64,000 nt of DNA from Candidatus Latescibacterota bacterium (lineage in GTDB: Bacteria; Krumholzibacteriota; Krumholzibacteriia; WVZY01; JAKEHA01). Both the position numbers and the translations under genes were made by a program. Of the stretch, positions 28,689 to 38,784 are shown piece by piece (the first letter of the stretch is position 1; each line of letters begins with the position of its first letter). The stretch is from assembly GCA_963707635.1 (NCBI GenBank), contig OY970173.1, forward strand, positions 3,008,001 to 3,072,000, written 5' to 3'. The notes beneath the pieces are model-generated. The model made no database searches and was not told where the DNA came from. It saw nothing but the letters and a program-made list of their open reading frames with translations.

Positions 28689-30848
28689 TTATACGGTCGA
28701 AGGCGTCAACCCGAAGGTCTTGAACAGGAACGAGTAGATGTCGGCCGCCTCCTCGATCTGCTTCGACGTGGGCTTGCCGCCGCCGTGCCCCGCCTTGAGC
28801 TCGACGCGCAGCAGGATCGGGTTGTCACCCGCGTCGTTGGCCTGGAGTGTGGCCGCGAACTTCTTGGCGTGCGCCGGCACCACCCGGTCGTCGGTGTCCG
28901 CGCTGGTGATCAGAATCGGCGGGCACTTGATCCCGGGCTTCACGTTGTGCAGCGGCGAGTATTTGTACATGAACTTGAAGTCCTCGGCATTCTCTTCGGC
29001 ATTCCCGTAGTCGCTGACCCAGTACTTGCCGATGGTGAACATGTGGTAGCGCAGCATGTCGATCACCGGAACCTGGCACACCACCGCGCCGAAGAGCTCC
29101 GGCCGCTGCACCATGCACGCCGCCGTCAGCAGTCCGCCGTTGCTGCCGCCGTTGATGGCCAGCAGCCGGGTCTGCGTGTACTTCTCCTTGATCAGGTATT
29201 CGGCGGCGGCGATGAAGTCGTCGAAGACGTTCTGCTTGTTGGCGAGCACGCCGCCCTGGTGCCATTCCTCGCCGTATTCGTTCCCGCCGCGCAGGTTCGC
29301 AACCGCGTAGATCCCGCCGTTTTCCAGCCACATCAGCCGCGAGATCGAAAACGACGGCGTCATGCTGATGTTGAATCCGCCGTAGCCGTAGAGCAGCGTC
29401 GGGTTCTTCCCGTCCAGCTTGGTTCCCTTCTTCGACGTGATGAACATCGGCACGCGCGTGCCGTCCTTGGAATGATAAAACACCTGCTTCGTCTCGTACT
29501 GCGTGCCGTCGAAGTCGATCTCGGCCTTGCGGAAGACCTCCGCCTTCTGGCTCGCGAAGTCATAACGGAACGACGTGGTGGGATAGGTAAACGACGTGAA
29601 GGAGAAAAACATTTCGGCGTCTTCCCGCTTACCCGAAATCGCGTTCACGGTGCCGATGGTCGGCAGGTCGATCTCCCGCGCCATGGTCCCGTCGCGCCCG
29701 AAGATCTGCAGGCGATCGTGGGCGTCCTGCATGTACGCAATCACGAAATGGTCGCTGACCATCGACACCGCGTCGATCACTTCCTGCTTCTGCGGAATGA
29801 TCTCTTTCCAGTTTTCGCGCGCGGGGTTGGCGACGTCGACCGCGATCACCCGTCCGCGCGGCGCGTCCAGGTCGGTCTTCACGTAGAAGATCGAGCCGAC
29901 GTTGTCGACCGGCGAGAACTCGGCCTGGTTGTACTCGAGGAGGTGGATGAACTCGCCGTCGCTGTCGGCGCGCCGGTAGTAGACGCCGTTCTTCGGATCC
30001 GTGCCGTGATACACGTACAGGATCAAATAGTCGCCGTCGTCGCTGATGATGGGCGCGAATCCGAGCTCGATGTTCTGGTCGTCCTTGTAGACGATGACGT
30101 CCTGCGCCTGCGGCGTTCCCAGCGTGTGCCAGCACACGCGGCTCCGGGTGCCCTGCTCTTCGTGCCCGGGCTCGCCCTCGCCCGGGAAGCGGTTGTACCA
30201 GAACCCGCTCTTGTCCTTCTTCCACGCGACGCTGGCGAACTTGCACCATTTGAGGACTTCATCGTAGTCCTTGCCGGCGTCGACGTCGCGCACGTGGATC
30301 TCCTGCCAATCGCTCCCGCTGGCCGAAATCCCGTACGCCATGAGGGTCCCGTCCTTCGTATACGTGGTGCCGGTGAGCGCCACCGTGCCGTCGGCCGAGA
30401 GCGTGTTGGGGTCGAGCACCAGCTTCGCCTCGCCCGTGAGCGATTTCTGCACGTAGAGCGCGGACTGATTCTGGAGGCCGTCGTTCTTGGAAAAGAAGTA
30501 GCGATCGCCCTGTTTGGTGGGCAGCGTGTACTTGGGGTAGTTCCAGAGCTTGGTGAGCCGCGCCTCGATCGCCTCCCGTTTGGGATAGCTGTCGATGTAC
30601 GAGCGCGTGAGCTCGTTCTCCTGGGCGACCCACGCCTGGGTCTCCTTCGAGTCCGGGTCTTCGAGCCAGCGATACGGATCGGCGACCATGGTGCCGTGGT
30701 AGTTGTCGACCACGTCCTGCTTCATCGCCTCGGGGTATTTGTACTTCTTTGCCAGCACGAGATGATTCCCCGCCAATCCGATGATACCTGCCACGGCCCC
30801 GACCAGGGTCGCGATCGCGACGGCGGAGCCGGTTCGATGAGTGCGCAT
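28689..30848 (-). CDS. Prolyl oligopeptidase (S9A), exported
   Basis: DPYRWLED, LYGYGGF, NLRGGNEYG, GGSNGG (Ser), DDRV (Asp), AGHG (His). Confidence 0.95.
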   Translation of the reverse strand: MRTHRTGSAVAIATLVGAVAGIIGLAGNHLVLAKKYKYPEAMKQDVVDNYHGTMVADPYRWLEDPDSKETQAWVAQENELTRSYIDSYPKREAIEARLTKLWNYPKYTLPTKQGDRYFFSKNDGLQNQSALYVQKSLTGEAKLVLDPNTLSADGTVALTGTTYTKDGTLMAYGISASGSDWQEIHVRDVDAGKDYDEVLKWCKFASVAWKKDKSGFWYNRFPGEGEPGHEEQGTRSRVCWHTLGTPQAQDVIVYKDDQNIELGFAPIISDDGDYLILYVYHGTDPKNGVYYRRADSDGEFIHLLEYNQAEFSPVDNVGSIFYVKTDLDAPRGRVIAVDVANPARENWKEIIPQKQEVIDAVSMVSDHFVIAYMQDAHDRLQIFGRDGTMAREIDLPTIGTVNAISGKREDAEMFFSFTSFTYPTTSFRYDFASQKAEVFRKAEIDFDGTQYETKQVFYHSKDGTRVPMFITSKKGTKLDGKNPTLLYGYGGFNISMTPSFSISRLMWLENGGIYAVANLRGGNEYGEEWHQGGVLANKQNVFDDFIAAAEYLIKEKYTQTRLLAINGGSNGGLLTAACMVQRPELFGAVVCQVPVIDMLRYHMFTIGKYWVSDYGNAEENAEDFKFMYKYSPLHNVKPGIKCPPILITSADTDDRVVPAHAKKFAATLQANDAGDNPILLRVELKAGHGGGKPTSKQIEEAADIYSFLFKTFGLTPSTV

Positions 30849-31041
30849 GCAATGACCTCCGTGAACGGGCGCGACGACCTCCTGCACGAACGGGCGCATT
30901 ATACACGAGTGAGGGCCTCCGCGGCACGCGGGTCCTGTCGGCCAACAGCCCACGGCGGGCTCGCCATTCGCGCCTCCGCACTCGGTGGCTCGCCCTTGTG
31001 GGCGCCCGTTGGCCGCCACCCGCGGCGCGGACGCCGCCGCC

Positions 31042-31070
31042 TTGACACGGCCACGCAACGGGCGTATGGT
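31042..31070 (+). promoter_or_regulatory. Sigma-70 promoter of the thi operon
   Basis: TTGACA-N17-TATGGT directly upstream of the riboswitch. Confidence 0.75.
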
Positions 31071-31077
31071 GTTTACC

Positions 31078-31165
31078 ACATACGGGGTGCTCGTTCGCGG
31101 CGTGCGGGCGGGCTGAGATCATACCCGACGCACCTGATCCGGGTAATGCCGGCGAAGGGAATCCT
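31078..31165 (+). ncRNA. TPP riboswitch (THI element)
   Basis: GGGGTGC...GGCTGAGA..ATACCC....ACCTGATCCGGGTAATGCCGGCGAAGGGAA core, upstream of thiamine genes. Ends are approximate. Confidence 0.95.
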
Positions 31166-31177
31166 CTCGAGACGAGC

Positions 31178-31225
31178 GACCCGCTGACGTCCCGTGGTTC
31201 GGTGCAACGTTGGCGGTCTTTTTTT
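31178..31225 (+). terminator. Riboswitch expression-platform terminator
   Basis: GACCCGCTGACGT...ACGTTGGCGGTC stem followed by TTTTTTT. Confidence 0.75.
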
Positions 31226-31238
31226 GCCCAATTCTGAA

Positions 31239-32363
31239 TTGAAATCCGGCGATCCGATCGCCATCGTCGGCGGCGGCGTGATCGGCCTTGCCGTCGCCTG
31301 GCGGCTCGCACGCGCCGGACGGCGTGTCATCGTGTTCGAGCGCGATCGCGCTGGTCAGGGTGCGAGCCGGGTCGCGGCCGGCATGATCGCCGCGGTTGCC
31401 GAAGCCGGCTTCGACGATCCCGACTTCGTCGGTTTTGCGCGGGCGAGCCGCGAACGCTATCCGTCTTTTATCGAAGAACTGCAAACGGACGCCGACATGC
31501 GGGTGCCGCTTGCGGCGACGGGGTCGCTGGTGGTCGCCCTCCACCGCGACGACGCCGAGGCGATGCGGCGCACGTACGACTACCGCGTGTCGATTGGACT
31601 CCCGGTGGAATGGCTAACCGGCACCCGCGCTCGGGAGCTCGAGCCTGCGCTCACCCCACGCGTGAGCGCCGCCATGTGGATTCCGGCCGACGCCGTGGTC
31701 GAGACGCGCACGCTCGTCGCGGCGCTCGCGCGGGCGTGCGCGCAGCGCGGCGTCGAAATTCATGAGGGCGAGGCCGTCGAGCATATCCGGATCGACGGAG
31801 ACAAGGTCCGCGGCGTGGCAACACCCGCCGGTGAAACCGGCGCAGACGTCGTCGTGCTGGCCGCGGGCGCGTGGTCGGGCACGGCCGGTGCCCTGCCTCC
31901 CGACCTGGCGCCGCCCATCCGGCCGGTGAAGGGACAGATCCTCCACCTCAAGAGAACACGCGAGTTCGCGCTCCGCAACGTGGTTCGCGCGCCGCGGGCC
32001 TACCTCTTGCCCGCGGGACCCGAGTACGTCATCGTGGGCGCCACCCAGGAAGAGGCGGGGTTCGATGTGACCCCGACGGCCGGGGGCATGAAGGACATTC
32101 TCGCGCACGCGTGGGAAGCGGTGCCGTCGATCTACGACTTGCCTTTCAAAGCCGTCGAAGTGGGGCTTCGTCCGGCGACGCGCGACCACCGGCCGGTGAT
32201 CGGCGAGACGCGCGTGCGCGGGCTGGTCATGGCCACCGGGCACTTTCGCCACGGCATTCTGCTCGCGCCGGCGACGGCGGATGCGGTGTGCGCCGGAATC
32301 GTGAACGGACGATTCGGGAGCGAGGTGGCGGCGTTCTCGCCGTCGAGGTTCAACAAGGTATGA
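31239..32363 (+). CDS. thiO: Glycine oxidase
   Basis: IVGGGVIG, ASRVAAGM, PVKGQ, GLRP, TGHFRHGILLAP. TTG start is uncertain. Confidence 0.92.
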   Translation: MKSGDPIAIVGGGVIGLAVAWRLARAGRRVIVFERDRAGQGASRVAAGMIAAVAEAGFDDPDFVGFARASRERYPSFIEELQTDADMRVPLAATGSLVVALHRDDAEAMRRTYDYRVSIGLPVEWLTGTRARELEPALTPRVSAAMWIPADAVVETRTLVAALARACAQRGVEIHEGEAVEHIRIDGDKVRGVATPAGETGADVVVLAAGAWSGTAGALPPDLAPPIRPVKGQILHLKRTREFALRNVVRAPRAYLLPAGPEYVIVGATQEEAGFDVTPTAGGMKDILAHAWEAVPSIYDLPFKAVEVGLRPATRDHRPVIGETRVRGLVMATGHFRHGILLAPATADAVCAGIVNGRFGSEVAAFSPSRFNKV

Positions 32364-32569
32364 TTCACGTCACCGTCAATGGACAGCGCGAAAACATCGC
32401 GCGCGACACGATCCTCGCGGAGATGCTCCGCCGCCTCGGCGTTCTCGAGAATGCCCCCGGTGTCGCGGTGGCGGTGAACGATACCGTCGTGCCGCGGAGC
32501 GGCTGGACGACACGGCGCATGCAGGAGGGCGATGTGGTCGAGATCATCCGCGCGGTACAGGGAGGATAG
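32360..32569 (+). CDS. thiS: Sulfur carrier protein
   Basis: MIHVTVNG...VAVAVN...[13 protein letters not shown] (C-terminal GG). ATGA overlap with thiO. Confidence 0.95.
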   Translation: MIHVTVNGQRENIARDTILAEMLRRLGVLENAPGVAVAVNDTVVPRSGWTTRRMQEGDVVEIIRAVQGG

Positions 32570-32573
32570 AGGA

Positions 32574-33362
32574 ATGACTGCAAACGACGCGCTCGTCATC
32601 GCGGGCCGCGAGTTCCGCTCGCGCCTCATCGTCGGCACCTCGCGCTACCCGGATCCGGCCACGATGCTCGCCGCCCTCGAGGCGACGGGCACGGGCATGG
32701 TTACGGTCGCGATCCGGCGCGTGAATCTCGAGGACGGCTCCAAGGAGAGCCTGCTCTCGATGCTGCGCGGCCGCTACGCGATTCTCCCCAACACGGCCGG
32801 GTGCTACACCGCGAAGGAAGCGGTGCTCACCGCCAAGCTCGCGCGGGAGGCGCTGGACACAAACTGGATCAAGCTCGAAGTCATCGGGGATGAGGACACC
32901 CTCTTCCCCGACGTGCCCGAGCTCTTGAAAGCCGCGGAAGAGCTTCTCGCCGACGGCTTCGTCGTGCTTCCCTACTGCAACGACGACCCGATCACCTGCC
33001 GCAAGCTCGCCGACATGGGGTGCGCGGCGGTGATGCCGCTGGGCGCGCCGATCGGGTCCGGGATGGGCATCCGCAATCCGTACAATCTGCGCATTATTCG
33101 CGAACAGTGCTCGGTTCCGTTGATCGTCGACGCCGGCGTCGGCACCGCCTCGGACGTCGCCGTGGCCATGGAAATGGGGTTCGACGGCGTGCTCATGAAT
33201 TCCGCGATCGCCCAGGCGCAGCGCCCGGTCGACATGGCGCACGCGATGCGGTTGGCGGTCGAGGCTGGCCGACTCGCGTTTCGCGCCGGCCGCATCCCGA
33301 AGCGGCTCTACGCGCGCGCGTCGAGCCCGGTCGAAGGGATGATCGGAGACGACCAACCGTGA
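32574..33362 (+). CDS. thiG: Thiazole synthase
   Basis: [36 protein letters not shown]. Confidence 0.97.
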   Translation: MTANDALVIAGREFRSRLIVGTSRYPDPATMLAALEATGTGMVTVAIRRVNLEDGSKESLLSMLRGRYAILPNTAGCYTAKEAVLTAKLAREALDTNWIKLEVIGDEDTLFPDVPELLKAAEELLADGFVVLPYCNDDPITCRKLADMGCAAVMPLGAPIGSGMGIRNPYNLRIIREQCSVPLIVDAGVGTASDVAVAMEMGFDGVLMNSAIAQAQRPVDMAHAMRLAVEAGRLAFRAGRIPKRLYARASSPVEGMIGDDQP

Positions 33363-33384
33363 CGACGACCTCGCCAAACGGCTC

Positions 33385-34026
33385 ATGATCGATTTTCGCC
33401 TTTATCTCGTCACGGACCGCACCCGCTGCGCGCCGAAGTCGCTCGCGTCAGTCGTGCACGACGCTTGTTTCATCGGGGTGCGCGCCGTCCAGCTGCGGGA
33501 GAAGGACTTCACCGAGGGCGACCTGGTCGCGTGCGCCACGCGGCTCCTCGACGTCATGCGTCCGAAAGGCGCGAAGCTCCTTGTCAATGTTTCGGACTAT
33601 GTCGACGACGACACCGCGGCGCTGCTGGCCGGGAGTCCGGGCGTCGATGGCTTCCACGTTCCCGACGACCCGGAGCTGCTCGACCACATCCGGCGCAAGT
33701 TTCCGAAGCTCCTGATCGGCGCCAGCACACACTCCGCCGACGGCGTTCGTGCGGCAGGAGCGGCGGGCGCCGACTTCGTCACCTTCGGTCCGGTGTTCAA
33801 GACGCCCTCCAAGAGCCACGGGAAGTCCCACGGGCTCGATGGCCTCGCCGCCGCGTGCGCCGGTGCCGGGGTACCCGTGTTCGCGATCGGGGGCGTCACC
33901 GCCGACCGCGCGAAAGATTGCCTCGACGCCGGCGCTCACGGTGTCGCCGTGATCGGCGCGGTCATGGGAGCATCCAGCGTACGCACGGCCGTGCGCGAAT
34001 TCGCCGACGCGATGGGATCGTTATGA
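33385..34026 (+). CDS. Thiamine phosphate synthase family protein (ThiE/TenI-like)
   Basis: LYLVTD, QLREK, GASTHS, GPVF.TPSK, AIGGV. Lacks the canonical ND and HLG motifs. Confidence 0.8.
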   Translation: MIDFRLYLVTDRTRCAPKSLASVVHDACFIGVRAVQLREKDFTEGDLVACATRLLDVMRPKGAKLLVNVSDYVDDDTAALLAGSPGVDGFHVPDDPELLDHIRRKFPKLLIGASTHSADGVRAAGAAGADFVTFGPVFKTPSKSHGKSHGLDGLAAACAGAGVPVFAIGGVTADRAKDCLDAGAHGVAVIGAVMGASSVRTAVREFADAMGSL

Positions 34027-34661
34027 ACGAGCGCGAACGCGTCGGCCGTCTCCACGTGATCACCGACGTGACCGTGCAGTCGCGCTTTGCCCACGAAGAA
34101 CTCGCCGAGATGGCGTGCGCGGGCGGCGCGGACGTGATCCAGCTGCGCGACAAGCAGCTCGGCATCGAAGCGTTCACCGCCGTCGCGCGGCGGGTCCGCG
34201 AGATCTGCGCGCGTCACGAGGTCACTTTCATCGTGAATGACCGCGTCGAGGCGGCGAGAGAGATCGGGGCCGACGGCGTGCACCTCGGCCGCGCCGACGC
34301 GTCGATTTCAGAAGTGCGAGCGATACTGGGGGCCGATACGATCATCGGCGCCAGCACGGGGTCGGTCGGGGATGCGCTGGCCGCCGGGAACAACGGGGCT
34401 GACTACGTCGGCTTCGGGCACATTTTCCCGACGACGTCGAAGGTAAAGAGCACGCCGCCGGTCGGAGTCGGAGGACTCGTCGATCTATGCTCGTACGTCA
34501 ACGTCCCGGTGATCGCGATCGGCGGAATCACCGCGGAGAATGCGCTCGAAGTGCTGCGCGCCGGCGCGCACGGCATCGCGGTGATCGCCGCGGTGTGCAC
34601 CGCAAGCGATCCGCGCGCCGCGACGGCGCGACTGCGAGAGGCCGTGGACAGCAGCCGATAG
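34023..34661 (+). CDS. thiE: Thiamine phosphate synthase
   Basis: QLRDK, IVNDR, GVHLG, PTTSK, AIGGI. Confidence 0.9.
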   Translation: MNERERVGRLHVITDVTVQSRFAHEELAEMACAGGADVIQLRDKQLGIEAFTAVARRVREICARHEVTFIVNDRVEAAREIGADGVHLGRADASISEVRAILGADTIIGASTGSVGDALAAGNNGADYVGFGHIFPTTSKVKSTPPVGVGGLVDLCSYVNVPVIAIGGITAENALEVLRAGAHGIAVIAAVCTASDPRAATARLREAVDSSR

Positions 34662-34678
34662 CACCGCGGAAACGAAGC

Positions 34679-34778
34679 GCGGCCGACGATATGTCGGGCG
34701 AAGCGCGATCTCGCGAGTCGCGCGTACTAACTTGTGCGCGCGAGCGGTGAGCGCGGAGTCCGATATATCGACGGCCGC
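34679..34778. repeat. Intergenic imperfect inverted repeat with nested hairpin
   Basis: 19-nt arms GCGGCCGACGATATGTCGG (34679-34697) and CCGATATATCGACGGCCGC (34760-34778), 17/19 complementary. Inner hairpin at 34718-34743. Confidence 0.65.
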
Positions 34779-34785
34779 AGTTAGC

Positions 34786-35121
34786 CTAGAAGAATACCGC
34801 TATCCACACCGTGTCTTCGTCCGGCGCCGTCCATTCGACGCGATGCCGCGCGTGCGGCGGAATCGTCACGTGATCGCCCGGTCGTAGTTCGAGCAGAGCG
34901 TCGTCGGTTTCAAGGCGCAGCCGCGCCCACCCCTGGACCACCACCACCCACTCCGTCTCCTCCTGGTCGTACCAGAACCCCGGCGGCGACGCGTGCCCGC
35001 GCGAGACGATGCGCTCGATACGAGTGCTCGCGCCGCGCGCGAGCACGTCGTTCAATTCTCCGTGAAGCTCGGGAGGAATCCCGTCGAACAGGTGGGTCGC
35101 GCGGATCGCCACGGCCGTCAC
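34786..35121 (-). CDS. Cupin domain protein
   Basis: IERIVSRGHASPPGFWYDQEETEWV, IPPHARHRVEWT, WIAVF. Confidence 0.88.
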   Translation of the reverse strand: MTAVAIRATHLFDGIPPELHGELNDVLARGASTRIERIVSRGHASPPGFWYDQEETEWVVVVQGWARLRLETDDALLELRPGDHVTIPPHARHRVEWTAPDEDTVWIAVFF

Positions 35122-36248
35122 CGCAGCAGGTTCAGCCGTTCGGCGAATTCCCCGCCGAACATCTCCTCGAGGAGATGGCCCCCGCCGGGCACGACCTCGA
35201 GGTAGGTCTCGACGCCCAGACGCTGCAGGTGCGCGTGCGCCACCAGCGTCTCCTGATGCCAGAACGGATCCTGATCGCCGACGATGAAGGTCACCTTGAC
35301 GCCCTTGAGTTTCTCGAGGTCCGCGTCCTTGTCGGTGAGCGGATACCCCGGCAGCGCCCACAGGCTGGCCACGCGCTCCGGGTTCGCCATTACGATCGCG
35401 AAGGCGGATCCCGCGGTGGGGCCGTAGCACGCGACGTGCACCTTGCCGTTCGCGAGCTTGTAGCGCCGCGCGACTTCGTCGAACAGCTGTGTCGTCGAAC
35501 CGATCGGGTCCTCGAAGAGAAACGACGGACTCTCGACCGTAATCCACCCGCGCTGCGACGTGTCCTCGCCCCAGAACAGACCGCCCCAGTTGTCCGGGAT
35601 CTTCTTGCCCACCCCCGGCGCGACCAGCACCGGGCACGGCTGCCTCGGATCGAATCCCACCGGGAGGTCGACCGAATACGGCAGCTCGCTCCCGTCCTTG
35701 AGTTTGAGTGTGAAGTAGTTGCGCTCTCCGGGCAGCACGAAGCGGGGATCGCCGTGGAGGGAGACGAGGTCCGCGTCCTTCGACATCAGGTCACGGTCCG
35801 CGAAGCCGGCTCGCTTCGCGCCCATCAGCGCTCGCAACGCGTCGTCCTTGTCTCCTTTCAGGGCATAGGCGCACGCGAGGTTATAGAACGCGCTCGCGCG
35901 CACCGCCGCGTAGTTCGCCGCGCGATGGCCCGCGTCGATTGCACCGTCAAGGTCACCCGCGGCGTGCTTCGCGCGCGCGAGCACGAACCAGGCGCGCGGG
36001 TTGTCGGGCTCGCTCTTCACCGCCTGCTCAGCGGCGGCCACGGCCTGCTTCGGCTGGTTCGCGTCGAGCAGCTCCTCCGCCTCGACGATGGGAGACTTCG
36101 GCGCCGGGGCCGGCTGCTCATTCAAGGCCGGCTTTGCCGGCGGTGTGGACGGCGGCGTTTGCGCGGCGCTCGTCGCGGCCAGCGCCACCAACGCGGCCAC
36201 GGCACTCCCGACGAGTCCACCGAATTGACCGGCGGCGCTCGACCTCAT
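35118..36248 (-). CDS. Secreted TPR protein with C-terminal alpha/beta-hydrolase-like domain
   Basis: Signal peptide, Pro-rich linker, YNLACAYAL TPR. C-terminal domain has FIVGDQD and GGGH but no GxSxG. Confidence 0.7.
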   Translation of the reverse strand: MRSSAAGQFGGLVGSAVAALVALAATSAAQTPPSTPPAKPALNEQPAPAPKSPIVEAEELLDANQPKQAVAAAEQAVKSEPDNPRAWFVLARAKHAAGDLDGAIDAGHRAANYAAVRASAFYNLACAYALKGDKDDALRALMGAKRAGFADRDLMSKDADLVSLHGDPRFVLPGERNYFTLKLKDGSELPYSVDLPVGFDPRQPCPVLVAPGVGKKIPDNWGGLFWGEDTSQRGWITVESPSFLFEDPIGSTTQLFDEVARRYKLANGKVHVACYGPTAGSAFAIVMANPERVASLWALPGYPLTDKDADLEKLKGVKVTFIVGDQDPFWHQETLVAHAHLQRLGVETYLEVVPGGGHLLEEMFGGEFAERLNLLR

Positions 36249-36709
36249 CGCGCGACGTCCACCGGCTCTTCCACCGTCACCCGGGTGAGGACCGAGTTGG
36301 CAATGAAGCACTCGTGGTGGGAGTGGTCGTGCAGCTCGGCCAGCACCGTTGCGTCCGGCCGCTGACCCGGCGCAAACGTGATCCGCGGGCGAAGGATCAC
36401 GCGGGTGATCGCGAGCCGCTTGTGTTCGTTGGGTTCGAGAAACCCGACCGCGTCGTCGTCGTAGCGCTCCACCACGACGCCCTTGCGCGCGCAGATGGCC
36501 AGGAACGTGAGCATGTGACAGCTCGAGAGCGCCGCGACCAGCGCCTCCTCCGGGTCGACGCACTCGAGGCTGCCCAGAAACTTCGGGGCGGCGGAGGCGT
36601 GCACCACCGCGCCGTTCTTGAACGTCCACGTGTGCTCGCGATTGTAGGCCTTGTAGTCGAACGATTCGGTCTGTCTGGCCCAGGCGATCCGGGCGCGGTG
36701 TTCCGACAT
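36245..36709 (-). CDS. OsmC/Ohr family protein
   Basis: DPEEALVAALSSCHMLTFL and CFIANSV (two conserved Cys). Confidence 0.92.
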   Translation of the reverse strand: MSEHRARIAWARQTESFDYKAYNREHTWTFKNGAVVHASAAPKFLGSLECVDPEEALVAALSSCHMLTFLAICARKGVVVERYDDDAVGFLEPNEHKRLAITRVILRPRITFAPGQRPDATVLAELHDHSHHECFIANSVLTRVTVEEPVDVAR

Positions 36710-36721
36710 GATGGTTCCCTT

Positions 36722-37882
36722 CTAACGCGGCCAGGTTGACTGTGCGCTTCCCTTGGACGCAGCCTCGTCGGCAGGGGTTACCGCCGTGGTCCGGCCGCCC
36801 CGGCGGGTTCGGTCGAGCGCGCCCTGAATCGCGAGAAACTCTCCGATGTTGTCCATGGTCACGATGCCGACCAGGCGTCCTTGAAACGACACCGGCGCCG
36901 TGTTGCAGCGGCACTCCGTCAGGCGGCGAAACGCGGTGTCGAGCATCTCGGACGCCTGCACCACCTGAAAGTCGCGCTCCATCGCGTCGGAGACGCGCAC
37001 CGACGAGCCGCCGCGCGCCAGCGTCCGCAGCATCTCGCTCTGGCGGAGCACTCCCACCACGCGGCCTTCTTCCACCACCGGGAAGTCGCGCTGCGTGCCC
37101 GCCAACGTGAGCTTGACCGCATCATCGAGCGTGTCGGACGGGGTCAAGGTGTGGAACTCCGTCACCATGGCGCGGCTCACCGGTATCCCCGACAGCGAGT
37201 ACTTCATCTGCACCATGCTCGCTTCCTGGGCGGCGCCGATCCACACGAACAGCGCGATGAAGATCAGCATCGGGTTCACGAACAGACCCACGAAGCCGAA
37301 CAGCAGCGCCATCGACTGGCCGACGACGGCGGCGAGGTGGGTCGCGCGCGTGTATTCCATCCGCGTGGCCAGCAGAGCGCGCAGCACACGGCCGCCGTCC
37401 ATGGGAAATGCCGGCAGCAGGTTGAACGCCACCAGGAACAGGTTCACGAAGATGACGCGGCTCAAGAACGACCCGCCCGCCAATCCCATCTGGTCGAACG
37501 ACGGCACCGTCGAAACGAGCTGCGACACCACGAACAGAGTCGCCGCAATCAGGACGTTCACGGCCGGGCCCGCGAGCGCGACCCAGAGCTCCTGGCGCGG
37601 ATCGTCGGGCATGCGATCGAGCCGCGCGACGCCTCCGATGGGCAGCAGCGTGATGTCGCGCGTCGAGATGCCGTACTTGCGCGCGGTGAGGGCGTGACCC
37701 AGCTCGTGCAGCACCACGCACGCGAAGATCGTGACGATGAAGAGCACGCCCTCGAGAGCCGCGTGCAGACTGTGTCCGTCCCGCCAGTTCAAGACGCCCA
37801 CCCACACGAGCAGCAACAGGAACGTGAGGTGGATGTAGACCGGGATCCCGAACAACTTGCCGATTCGAATCGACCATTTCAT
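36722..37882 (-). CDS. Site-2 protease (M50) with CBS domains
   Basis: HELGH, LLPIGGVA, FNLLPAFPMDGGR, CBS pair. Confidence 0.93.
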   Translation of the reverse strand: MKWSIRIGKLFGIPVYIHLTFLLLLVWVGVLNWRDGHSLHAALEGVLFIVTIFACVVLHELGHALTARKYGISTRDITLLPIGGVARLDRMPDDPRQELWVALAGPAVNVLIAATLFVVSQLVSTVPSFDQMGLAGGSFLSRVIFVNLFLVAFNLLPAFPMDGGRVLRALLATRMEYTRATHLAAVVGQSMALLFGFVGLFVNPMLIFIALFVWIGAAQEASMVQMKYSLSGIPVSRAMVTEFHTLTPSDTLDDAVKLTLAGTQRDFPVVEEGRVVGVLRQSEMLRTLARGGSSVRVSDAMERDFQVVQASEMLDTAFRRLTECRCNTAPVSFQGRLVGIVTMDNIGEFLAIQGALDRTRRGGRTTAVTPADEAASKGSAQSTWPR

Positions 37883-37971
37883 GACACTATCAATATACAA
37901 CCTGGCGCGGCCCCGGTCGATTGCCGAGTGTATGGTAGACTCCGCGTCATGTATTTCATCGGGGAGTCAAC

Positions 37972-38784
37972 GTGAAGCAGGCGCTGACCATCGCCGGCTC
38001 CGATTCCAGCGGCGGCGCGGGCATCCAGGCCGACCTGAAGGCGTTCCACGCCCACGGCGTGTTCGGCGCGTCGGTGGTGACGGCGGTGACGGCGCAGAAC
38101 ACCCTCGAGGTCCGGTCCTCCTTCGACGTCCCGCCCGAGGTCGTCCGGGACCAGCTCGAAGCCGTGCTCGACGACCTCGAAATCGCCGCCGCCAAGACCG
38201 GCATGCTCTCCTCGGCCGCCATCGTGGAGACGGTGGCGGACGTGCTGGGCGAGAGAGGCCTCAAGAACCTCGTCGTCGACCCGGTGATGGTGTCGAAGAG
38301 CGGATTTCGCCTGCTCCGCGACGACGCCATCGACGCGCTCTCGACCCGGCTGATCCCGATGGCGCGGGTCGTGACGCCGAATCTCTACGAGGCGTCGCTG
38401 CTGGCCGGATTCGAGATCGCGTCGGTCGACGACATGAGGCGGGCGGCCGAGCGAATTGCGGCGTTGGGTCCACGGGCGGTGGTCGTGAAGGGCGGTCACG
38501 CCGCCTTCGCGCTCGCGATCGACGTCCTGTGGTCCGCCGAAACCGGCGTCGAAGAGCTGCACCCGGACGGCCCGGTTCGCGAGCGGAGCGTCCACGGGAC
38601 CGGCTGCACGTTCTCCGCGGCGATCACGGCGCGTCTGGCACTGGGCGAAGACACACGCACCGCGGTGACTGCAGCGAAGCGCTACATCACCCGCGTCATC
38701 GCGCGCGCGCCTGCGATCGGACACGGCCACCCGCCCGGGGCTCACTTCTATTTTCTGGAATCGGACGAGTGGGAGACTCGATAG
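37972..38784 (+). CDS. thiD: Hydroxymethylpyrimidine/phosphomethylpyrimidine kinase
   Basis: [44 protein letters not shown]. Confidence 0.97.
   Translation: MKQALTIAGSDSSGGAGIQADLKAFHAHGVFGASVVTAVTAQNTLEVRSSFDVPPEVVRDQLEAVLDDLEIAAAKTGMLSSAAIVETVADVLGERGLKNLVVDPVMVSKSGFRLLRDDAIDALSTRLIPMARVVTPNLYEASLLAGFEIASVDDMRRAAERIAALGPRAVVVKGGHAAFALAIDVLWSAETGVEELHPDGPVRERSVHGTGCTFSAAITARLALGEDTRTAVTAAKRYITRVIARAPAIGHGHPPGAHFYFLESDEWETR

Noticed and set aside
34662..34790. Integron attC site after the cupin gene
   Set aside because: GGCTAAC is present, but there is no properly spaced GTTRRRY with matching L boxes, no cassette array and no integrase. The cupin gene overlaps its upstream neighbour like an operon gene.
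3935..37882. Two site-2 protease/CBS genes as a recent duplication
   Set aside because: They share family motifs but are clearly diverged and 32 kb apart; ordinary paralogs.
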